DNA from: Lama glama
Taxonomy: Eukaryota
Direction: 5' to 3'
Assembly: GCA_028534125.1 (NCBI GenBank)
Contig: CM052818.1
Location: forward strand, 18,788,001-18,852,000
Length of the DNA: 64,000 nucleotides
A program made the translations under genes and the position numbers. The first letter of the stretch is position 1. Each line of letters opens with the position of its first letter. Below the pieces are notes generated by a model. The model ran no database searches, was not told the origin of the DNA, and saw only the letters and a list, made by a program, of their open reading frames with translations. Shown here one piece after another: positions 54,571 through 64,000 of the stretch.

Positions 54571-55126
54571 TTTCATTGTATTTTTTCAAAGAAATGGTCA
54601 CAATTTACTATATTGACTATCATCCATTTAAGAAATACTGCACTAGATTATAAATCCTTGTAGGAAGAACTCAATACATTCATTTCTATAATCTAGAACA
54701 GATCATAACATTCAGTAAGCAAATGTTTAAATGAATGAATAAACACAACAGCATCCTGTACTAGAAAAGCAGAAGAGTTTTGAAGTAAAGCAGACTCATC
54801 AGCCACCAACTTATGCAATCTCTGACAAATGACTTAACCTCCTTACATCCCAAGGAATAACACCACTTATTTAATTCACCATAACAATAAAGTAGTGGCA
54901 TTCCTGTCACAGAATAGGCATTCCACAAATATTAGTTTGCTCTCAGTACCTTGTATTCTTACCTACTTCTTCCAGAGGACAGATCAAGATGCAAACATCT
55001 CATCCTGGCAAGTATCCATTTTGCAAAGACTTTACGTCTCAGCACAAAGAACATGCAGTTTTAAATCTGAGAGACTTGGGTTCAAATAACCTGCTCTGCA
55101 TTTACGTGACTTCTCATTATCTGTTT

Positions 55127-55418
55127 TTTTTTTTTAATTTTTATTGAAGTATAGTTGATTTATAATGTTGTATTAGTTTCAGGTGTACAGCAAAGTGATT
55201 CAGTTACACATATATATTCTTTTTCAGATTCTTTTTCATTATAGGTTATTACAAGATACTGAATATAGTTCCTTGTGCTAGACAGTAGGTCCTTGTTGTT
55301 TATCTATTTTATATATATTAGTGTGCATATGTTAATCCCAAACTCCTAATTTATCCCTCCCCCTCAACCGCTTGCCCTTCTGGTAACCATAGTTTGTTTT
55401 CTATGTCTGTAAGTCTAT
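55127..55418 (-). mobile_element. Young 5'-truncated L1 with 13-bp TSD
   Basis: TSD tcattatctgttt at 55114-55126 and 55419-55431; poly-T followed by an L1 3'UTR closely related to 25750-26030. Confidence 0.9.
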
Positions 55419-56754
55419 TCATTATCTGTTTCTTTACAGGAATAAACTACATCCTGCAGGGCTGTTATGGGTAATTAAATATTATACTCATGGGTCTAGT
55501 ACAATACTGTTCCACAACATAGTAAGCATTCAATAAAAGGCAGTAATTATTGCAATGATTATTAATAAATGTTGTTCAATCAGCATAGAGGAAGGAGGAG
55601 TTGGACAGACGCATAGGGTAAGCAAAAGGAACAGTAAAATCTTAATTTACAAGAAATTTCTTCCTTATTTTCTGCATTTCCTCTTTTAAGATAAAGAAAC
55701 AAACCACAAGGATGTAAATTTATCAATTTCCTCAATTCTCTACCTCTAAGGTTATATTTACAACTTAAAATAACTGTACTGTGTCAAAATTCTAATTTAA
55801 ACATTAAATTATGCTCAGTGGGCTATATGACATAAAATGTGAAAAGCATAAATGTATTAATACATTTTAGGAAGAATTTCAATATGAGTTCAAAGTAAGA
55901 GTGGTTTTAGTTAACCCAGTTAAGTAGAAAAAATTTAACTGAAATTCTCATTCAAAAGTCTTTAATCTAATTTTCTCTAAAAATTGGTATTGTTTCAATA
56001 GTTCTATTAATATTGCCAATGTTAGAATGGCATCACTCTTCTATTAAGTGACTTCCTTCCAAAAAGGAGTTTAACATAACTTTCAAAACTTTGATTAATG
56101 TTCTTTATTTTCCTCAATCTCATTTTCTTTTCCATAAATAAATAACCATGACCTTTCAAAAAGAAACGAGCTGAGGGTCTCTGTTCTTTTCCCAATGTGT
56201 TTTTCCCAACACACCTTTCAAACCACTTCTTAGGAAAAAAAGCCTCCAAGTAGCAAAAGAACCAAATACCTATGAAAATACAATCAAGAAGCCATGAATT
56301 TTCTTATACAACCTGCAAACTTTTAAGATATAAAGATAATTAATAATAATTAAATTTCTGGTAATTTAACAGTAATATACCTATTTAGAATCAAAGTAAT
56401 TTTCCATTATCCGTGCTGGTAGCAAAAAGATGGTTATTTTTAATGGTATGTATATTCAACCTTTATGGTAATACCTATTTTCTAAATGGCTACTATAAGC
56501 CTTTTAGGTCTACAGTAATATTATGCTTATAACTGTCAATAAAATAAGACCTATGTAGGTGAGGGGACAAATTCTATTCTACAGGAAGACTCCAAAATGG
56601 TAGAAATGATGTCTGTTGCTCACCACTATATTCTTAGCAATTAAATACAGTAGGTGCTCAATAAATACCTGTCCACGTTTAAATGTTCATTTAAGGACAA
56701 GAAAAATAGATTGAGGGAAATAAAAAAAAATACATGAATCAAAATTAGGTCAAA

Positions 56755-57283
56755 GCCTTGAGTATAGGCTGTACTTGGTGACTTGCTTCCAAAGAGCAGA
56801 GTATGAACAGATGGGGAGTGAAATCTGACAAAGACCTCAAACAGGTGATCAAGGTGAGCAGCGCCAATTCTATGCTGTTAGTATATACTCTTGATATGCT
56901 ATGATGAGAATGGCACTTCACCTCTGTTGTCTCTCTAAAGCCCATAACCCCAGGCTAGTCATGAGGAAAACATCAGATAAATCTCAACTGAGGGGCAATC
57001 TATAAAATATCTGACTAGCACTCCTCAAAACTGTCACAATCATCAAAAACAAGAAAAATCTGAGAGACAAGAATTCTGCAACAGGAAAAAGGACACTAGG
57101 GAAAAACTAATGAAATCTGATTAAAGCATGCAATTTAGTTAATAGTAACATAGCAATTTTGTTTCCTTAGTTGTGACAAAGTTAACAGTAGAATAAACTG
57201 GGTGAGGTATACTCTGTACTATCTTGCAGCTGTTCTGTAAATGTAAAACTATTCTAAAATTAAAAGCTCATTTAAATAAAAAA
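56755..57283 (+). mobile_element. L1MC/MD-type 3'UTR
   Basis: tgacttgcttccaaagag...gatgagaatggcacttcacctctg...ctcctcaaaactgtcac...ctgtaaatgtaaaactattctaaaat. Confidence 0.8.
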
Positions 57284-59196
57284 TAGTTAAGGTAAGAAAA
57301 TAAAAAATACATGAATCAAAATCCCCTGTAAGTAAATGATGATAAAATATTCTTTTGGTCCCTTTATATTTGGTTGTAAAACAGAGACAGCATTCTCATA
57401 CAGTGGAAATAAAGTTACTGAACAAGTCTACAGTGTTAACTATGAAGTCACATATGACTAAAGCAGATGACCGCTTATTCTTGTTTCCCAAAGCACCATT
57501 CTTAGGCCTCAACACTTTAATTACTAACTCTATGACAAAAAATCATTAACATCAGCTGTCACCTCTATCTTGAATAGATTATCCCACATCTTTAATCTCT
57601 AGTCCCTAAAGGTTATGTTCACCTTGTTATCTCCTACTCACCTTACATTCAACTAACAAAACTCACCATCTTCTTGATGATGCTCCCTTTCCAAACCTCA
57701 TTCACAAAGTTACTTATTTTTCCTTCAATAGGTCTCTCTTCTTCCCACAATTAATAATTAGTGCTGCACACTGCTGTCAAATGAACCTTCCTCAAATAAG
57801 GCTTTTATCCTATCATTCCCAGACTCAAATGCCAGCTTTTTTTTTTTTTTGGTACTAAACTATGTTTAAATTCAGAAGTGATGTTTTCAAGACCATCCAT
57901 AATTGATTATTCTTTTATACCATTCACTTTACAAGACTTTTCTAACCATCTCTCCACCTCATACTGTAAGTGCTGCCTTGCCTTTACTTAGAAAATAATC
58001 AAACATTCATTAAGCAAATAACATATATCTGAGAAAATAAGACTCTTCTGGGTGGTCAAAGACTGTAACTTTCTTGTGGGGGCAAAACCTAAAAATAAAA
58101 CTAACAAAGAGTATTGGAATTTGCCTCATTCACGGCTGTAGCCTCAGTTCCTGTAACAGTGAGTGGCACATGGTAGATGCTCAAAAAATATTTATTAAAT
58201 AAAAACAAGGTAGTATAGAGGGCTACAGCACAGAATAATAATATACTATTAGGGAAAAGAAAAGAATTTTCAGTTGGAGAGGTGAAGGCAGGTCTAAAAT
58301 ACTACGATTCTAAGGCTCTCAGGGTCATCAAGATTTTAGCCAAGCCTCAAGTTTGAGTAGATCTTCCAATAGTTTAGAGTATGTGTGCAGGGGCATTACA
58401 AACAGGAAAAAAAAAAATGTATCAGCAAAGATAAAAAGTAGAATTGTTATGCCACACTGAAGTAGTGAATAATGAACAGTTCCTGTAAGTTAGTGGAAGA
58501 TAAGCTGGAAGAAGACTGGGACCAAAGTTTGAGAAGTCTTGAGAAATTTGGCATTCCTGCTTGATATAAGGGGTATGGTCATTAGAGTGATATAATCTTT
58601 AGGAAGATTAATCTAATGGTAGTAACACGGATGTTAGACTTTAGAAAGCAAGTGCCTTAACTTTCTACAAGAAGTCTCCCCTATCTACTTAAACTTTCTA
58701 GTTTCCTTCTCCTCTTAACTCTTAAAGCACCTGCCTGCATTATACAATTTAACTCCTAATTATATCCTCTTAAATTGTAAACCTTTTTTCCCCACATATA
58801 TTAATCTTGTCTCTTCAACTTAAGAATAGAGATCAAATCTAAGACCTTTTTTCTTCCCTAAGAAATCAGCAAAGCACTGGGCCCTCAAAACTTTATTTTG
58901 GAGGACTTTTTTTTTTTTTTTGCATTTATTCAAAATCCGGCTACTAAAATGACAACAATCTAAAAGCAATACACACACACATATAAGCTGCCATAAGAAC
59001 AAGATTAAGCCTTGTTTGGGTGGCACTGTAAACAGTTTCACTTGATAGTGGGATCCCATTACTAATAATGTAGTTATCTTCCAGCATATGTTTTCAGTGC
59101 TTCCTGCTTTATATAAGTATTTCTTCACCTCATTTACTCTTCTTTCTCAATTAAGCATTGCTCTCAGTGGTCAGCACACATATTCATTTCTCAATT

Positions 59197-59335
59197 GGGG
59201 GGAGGGTATAGCTCAAGTGGTAGAGTGAGTGCTTGGCATGCAGCAGGTCCTGGGTTCGATTTCCCGTATCTCTACTAAAAAAAATAAAATAAAATAAATT
59301 ACCTCCCCCCAAAACAAAACAAAAAATAAATAAAC
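59197..59335 (+). mobile_element. tRNA-derived SINE (Vic-1-like)
   Basis: ggggggagggtatagctcaagtggtagag...ggtcctgggttcgat...aaattacctccccccaaaac; flanked by tcaatt on both sides. Confidence 0.88.
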
Positions 59336-61620
59336 CAATCAATTGCATTATCTTTTCTGTACTGAAGAGTCTCTCATCTTTTTATCTATTAATTATACTG
59401 ATTGAGAACCACTATGATGGCATAAAATTCTAATAAATGGTGCTGCTATAACTTCTTCACACAATTCTTTTAAACATTCTAAATGTTTCCTGTGTAGCAT
59501 TCTTCAAGTAAAACTGATTCAAATATAAATATGTTACAGAAATAATTCAAATTCACCAAAGCTTTTAGAAAATGAAACATGGTACACAAGTAACCAAGGA
59601 TTGTATGTGCTTAAATTCTAAAAATCTCCAAACTCTCCAAAAGTTTACCTTCAATCCTTTTTTATTTTATTTTTATTTAAAATTACTTTATTTACTTTTA
59701 TAAAATTTTAATCTTCAACTCTTGACCTTCTATGTACTCTAAAAGTTAAATTTCACTCCCTTAAAATAAAGTCTGTTCATGTTAACAGTTATTTTAACTG
59801 TTAATACTTTCCCTCCAAAAAATCAATTAAGTATTTCATCCCTAAACAAGTATTTTCACTCGTAATATATTTCTATCTTTTCAGGTCACATTTTTTATGT
59901 TAAAAAGAAAAAATTTAGATTTTTATAAACTACCAAGAAGAAATCCTCCAGAATGTGATTATTTCTGATTATATCAGAACCTCTTATTAACGGTTCTGAA
60001 ATTCAAACACTTTTTTCTCCCAGAGTTGAGAAACTCCATAAAGTTCTCTTCTATTCCCCATCATTCCTTTATGGTAACTAATACTGCTGAGATTTTAAAG
60101 ATGAATCATCAAAACGGCAGAAAAAGGCACAAATGTCAATATATTTTTACAAGGACTTCAAGGAAACAGAGACAAGTCTTCGATTCGAAAGAAACAGAGA
60201 TAGACACGAACAGTTCAGCTTTTTCCACTTCCCCATCTCAGAAAACACCAAAATAAATGGATGTAAAGATACAGCACAGTTACAAAGCCCCTGGCTACCA
60301 GTGAAGCTTCAGCCCTAGTGGCGCTAGGACACTCAATTACACTCAGCCGGCCACGTGGCTGTCACAATCAGAAAGAAGACAGGAGAAACAGAGTAAACTA
60401 ATCTGGAAAAATAATCGACCTCCTCCCGCAACCTCGGAGTTGGGGTAGAAGAAAGAATATCATTTCTTTGCACGCTAAGACTTTTTTTTTTCTGTAATAA
60501 GAAAACGAAGTACAGAGGCTGCTCTAAAGAGACTTTAAAGCAAAAATCAGGTCCAAGAAGATCCTGAATGTGCCCCCAATGAGTTAAGACACCGTAACTC
60601 TGAGAACTGCTGTGTGAACAGAGGCATTCTGCAAAGGGGTAATGGGGTGGAGTAAGATGGAGCACTCTGCACACGGGCCGCTTTCCCCTGACTCCCACCG
60701 TGTCCCCCAGGTTCCAGCCCTACCTCTGCAGCAACTCAGAAGGCTGAAGAGCCTCGTACACGCCCTCACGACCTCTCACCTTCCTAGGAAAGAGGACTGA
60801 AGGGCAGAGATAACCACAGGGCCAGAGAAGCGGCGAACAGGAAGTGCCCATATTGCGGCGCTGAAACACCAACTCCCACCCTTCCAAGGCAGCCGCCCTC
60901 GGAGGCCCCCGGGGCGCCCGCTGGAGGAGGGGCCAGAGTGTGGCGGGGTCGCTCCCCCCCACATCCGGGTGCCGCCCCTGTCCACCCCAACGCCTGACCG
61001 CCCCGCTGCTCGAAGTTTACTCCCGGCCGCGCCCGGTGCCTCCCCCGGCACTACTTGGCCGGGCCCAGCCAGTCCGCCCGGGGCCGGACGAGGACTCCAC
61101 GCTCGGCACGTCTCGCTGTACTTCAAACCGGGGGAGGGGGGCGTTGCAAAGCCTCCCGAGGAGCTTGGGGAGCTTCTCCTCACCGCAGATTCGCCCCCAT
61201 TCAAGCCATAAGCGTCCTCCGAGCCACCTCCGAGCCTTCCCGAAGAGCCGGCACCGCTCGCCGCGGTTACCGCTCGCCGCGGTTTCCGCCCCACGACACC
61301 CGCTCCTGGCTAGTCATTACCTTTCAGGAAAAACTCCTTAACTCCTCTCGGGGCCGCATTACCCTCAGTTCGCCACCCCACCCTCCCAGGAGCCCACACA
61401 CCACCCAAGCCGCGCGCAGGGCAGACCCCCGCGCTGGCGCCAATTCCTCACAGGACAAAAATGTCCGGGCGCGTCACGGGACAGTCGCCTCCGCTCCCCA
61501 AGCCCGGGGCCCGCCGCACGCGCTGCCTCCGCGCCTAGGAGCTGCGCCGCGGATCCGGGCGTGGAACGCGGACGCCGGGCGGCGTCGGCCGGGGAAGGCG
61601 CCGCTCCACCCCGGACTCAC

Positions 61621-61800
61621 CGTCAGCTCGGCCGCCGCAGCGGAGAGGCGAGGGTCGGGCTGGGGAAGACACAATATGGCAGAGCACCGCAGCTGTTCCC
61701 GGCGGCTTCCAGCAGCCGCCTCCGGGAAGACGCGGAAACGAGCAGGCAGCGGCAGCTGCGGTGGCGGCCGCGGCAGTACCACATCGCCCTCTAGCTCGCT
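61621..61800 (-). other. FOXN2: FOXN2 non-coding exon 1 (5' end approximate)
   Basis: Consensus donor GCTGACG|gtgagt at 61620 inside the CpG island. The TSS cannot be determined from sequence alone. Confidence 0.75.
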
Positions 61801-61826
61801 TCCTCCCCCTCCCTCTGCCCTCCCCC

Positions 61827-61840
61827 GCTGCCATGGCAAC
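61827..61840. promoter_or_regulatory. RFX X-box-like motif
   Basis: GCTGCCATGGCAAC, a 13/14 match to the palindromic X-box GTTGCCATGGCAAC, next to the inferred TSS. Confidence 0.6.
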
Positions 61841-62572
61841 GCGGCGCCAAGGAGATTAGCCCCGCCCCTACCTCCGGTCTCCGCCTCCGGCGACCCCTCC
61901 GGAGCGGGGCTCCGCCCGTCCCTCCCTGTCCCCTCCCACATCTTACCAAAGGGCTGGGCCCGGGACTCTGCAGGCTGCCCAGAACAGCGGGTTGGAGAGG
62001 AAGGGAGATGTAGTGTCCGCAAGGGCGGGACTCACGCGGAAGGCAGGGCCAAGACGTTGTGGGCCAGTCGGGTTTCGGGCTGAGGAGGGGCTGGGGAAGG
62101 CGGGAAAATGGAAAGGCCTCGCCTGTCCCGGGAAGGACCTATAGGAGTGCGGCGGGGCGCGGCGCGGCCGTTGAGTGGCCGAGACGGTACGGGGGCAGAG
62201 CTGGGCGGAGGTGGGCGAGAGTGGCCGCTAGGCTGGTCCGCCCGCGGTGCCTGTGGTGGGACTGCGGCGACGGCCCCCAAAACCTGAGCTTCTGTGGGTT
62301 TCCCCGGGAGCTTTCCGCCGTTGACCAGGCCTTGAAAGCGCTTTAGGAACGGTAAAGAATTAATAGAAACTTAAAGTAGTATCCCCCTCGCTTGACTGAA
62401 ATTTTGTGTGGAAACTAAGTTTAGTGTTTATGAGGTAAAAAAAAAAAAACAAAAAACAACAACTTTGGAATCAGATCCAAAATTTAAGAAACATAGCATT
62501 TACTGAGTGCTCATAAGTGCTGGGGACTGGGCTAAGTCCTTTACATGCATTGTCGTAACCATAATGCTAAAA

Positions 62573-62723
62573 TAGGGTTGTCAGATAAAATACAGGTGTG
62601 CCCAGTTAAATCTGAATTTCAGATAAACGTAGTATAATTTTTTAGAGTAAGAATCTTACCTTTGGAATATACTTCCTGTTTTATTTTGTTTTTTGTTTTA
62701 TTCCCCTTAATCTGCCAACCCTA
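62573..62723. mobile_element. MER53-like hAT MITE nested in a MIR
   Basis: Inverted ends tagggttgtcagat / atctgccaacccta; internal cccagttaaatctgaatttcagataaac. Confidence 0.8.
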
Positions 62724-63011
62724 TCCTAACTCTTATTACTTCCCACTTTACAGATAAGGAAACTGAAGCTTAGAAAAGTAACCTATCAAATAGAGGGTGA
62801 GTGACAAAACTGAAGTTCCATTTTACTGCTGTCATTGTGATCTGATAATTACATCTCTGAATGCCTATATCCACATCTTCAAAAACTAGATTATTGATAC
62901 ATAGCTCACAAATGTATTGAATGGATTTTTTAAAAGGGTATATGAAAGAGACCTGGACAGTGACTGAAGTGTAGTAGGTGTTGACAGAAGTTCATTTCCT
63001 TTCTGAACAAT

Positions 63012-63789
63012 TTTTTTTTTTAGTTGAAGTACTGCCAGTTCCAATGTGTCAATTTCTGGTATACAGCACCGTGTCCCAGTCATGCATATACATACATACA
63101 TTCGTTTTCACATTGTTTTTCATTAAAGGTTATTACAAGGTATTGAACAAAGTTCCCTGTGCTATGCAGAAGAAACGTTTAAAAATCTATTTTTATGTAT
63201 AGTGGCTAACATTTATAAATCTCAAACTCCCAAATTTATCTCTTCCCACCCTCTTTCCCCCTGTAACCAAAAGATTACTTACTATGTCTGCAAGTCTGTT
63301 TCTGTTTTGTAGATGAGTTCATACTATCCTTTTTTTCTTTTTCTTTTTAGAGTCCACATATGAATGATATCATATGGTATTTTTCTTTCTCTTTTTGGCT
63401 TACTTCACTTAGAATGACAGTCTCCAGGTCCATACATGTTGCTGCAAATGGCATTATTTTATTCTTTTTTATGGCTGAGTAGTATTCCATTATATAAATA
63501 TACCACAACTTCTTTATCCAGTCATCTGTCGGACATTTAGGTTGGTTCCGTGTCTTGGCTATTGTATATAGTGCTGCTATGAACATTGGGGGCATGTATC
63601 TTTTGGAATTAGAGTTCCCTCCAGACATATACCCAGAGGTGGGAATGCTGGATATATAGATATGATAAGTCTATTTTTAGTTGTTTAAGGAAACTCCATA
63701 CTATGTTCCATAATGGCTGCATAAAACTACCTTCCCACCAGCAGTGTAGGAAAGTTGCCTTTTCTCCACACCCTCTCCAGCATTTATTG
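63012..63789 (-). mobile_element. Young L1 3' end with TSD
   Basis: ORF track MFIAALYTIAKTRNQPKCPTDDWIKKLWYIYIMEYYSAIKKN is the ORF2 C-terminus; TSD ctgaacaat at 63003-63011 and 63790-63798. Confidence 0.92.
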
Positions 63790-64000
63790 CTGAACAATGA
63801 ATATTAACTGTATATTAAATATGTGCCAGACTCTAAGTATCAAGTAAGCAGAGTATGAAACAAACACCTACTGACAATAAAGCAAGTCAAATTGTGGGGA
63901 TGACAGAGATATAGAAAAATTGAAGGTATTACAATATATAATAACATAAATGGAGGTGTTTGAGCCCCTCATTCCACAGATGAAAACACTGTGTTTCTGT

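Larger units (their letters stand above)
9105..61800 (-). other. FOXN2: FOXN2 gene span (7 exons; TSS and cleavage site approximate)
   Basis: Five coding exons splice in frame to a 439-aa forkhead N2 protein ([20 protein letters not shown]...KIQNQKQRKK). There is a CpG island at the 5' end and a poly(A) signal with a GU-rich downstream element at the 3' end. Confidence 0.96.
60700..62350. promoter_or_regulatory. CpG island / FOXN2 promoter
   Basis: Abrupt switch to very GC- and CpG-rich sequence. GC box gccccgcccc at 61859-61868; contains exon 1 and its donor. Confidence 0.93.

Noticed and set aside
60774..60800. Donor-like GAAG|gtgaga at the inner edge of the CpG island (alternative first exon)
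   Set aside because: Motif only; the exon extent cannot be defined from sequence.
61055..62083. 342-aa + strand ORF and other overlapping ORFs in the CpG island
   Set aside because: Low-complexity R/P/G/A/S-rich translations in several frames on both strands, as expected from stop-codon depletion in GC-rich DNA. No recognisable domain.
1..64000. CRISPR array, operon, or other novel multi-gene system
   Set aside because: The sequence is a mammalian intron-rich locus with no regularly spaced repeat-spacer array and no second credible gene.

Overview
Mammalian genomic DNA, very probably camelid (alpaca/camel, inferred from six copies of a tRNA-derived SINE resembling the Vic-1 family). The window holds one complete protein-coding gene, FOXN2 (forkhead box N2), on the minus strand. 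It runs from a CpG-island promoter (~60.7-62.35 kb) through two non-coding exons (exon 1 ending at donor 61621; exon 2 49386-49520) and five coding exons (34611-35147, 23408-23532, 21079-21143, 14764-14832, 13000-13523). All introns are GT-AG and phase-consistent; the CDS is 1320 nt = 439 aa + stop. A ~3.9 kb AU-rich 3'UTR ends near an AATAAA at 9126-9131. The rest is intronic/intergenic sequence full of L1, L2, MIR, LTR, DNA-transposon and SINE remnants, with a 500-N assembly gap at 7258-7757. I found no evidence for a novel multi-gene system. The most interesting details are: a TPPxS (FBXW7-type) phosphodegron in an 8-aa segment I do not recall in human FOXN2; a Met-Asn-stop uORF created by the exon 2/3 splice junction; a 93-bp templated copy of an L2/LTR junction pasted into another LTR; a second local duplication in intron 2; and an unidentified poly(A)-tailed insertion in intron 2. 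Repeat family names are from recalled consensus motifs, not a RepeatMasker run, and repeat boundaries are approximate unless TSDs are given.
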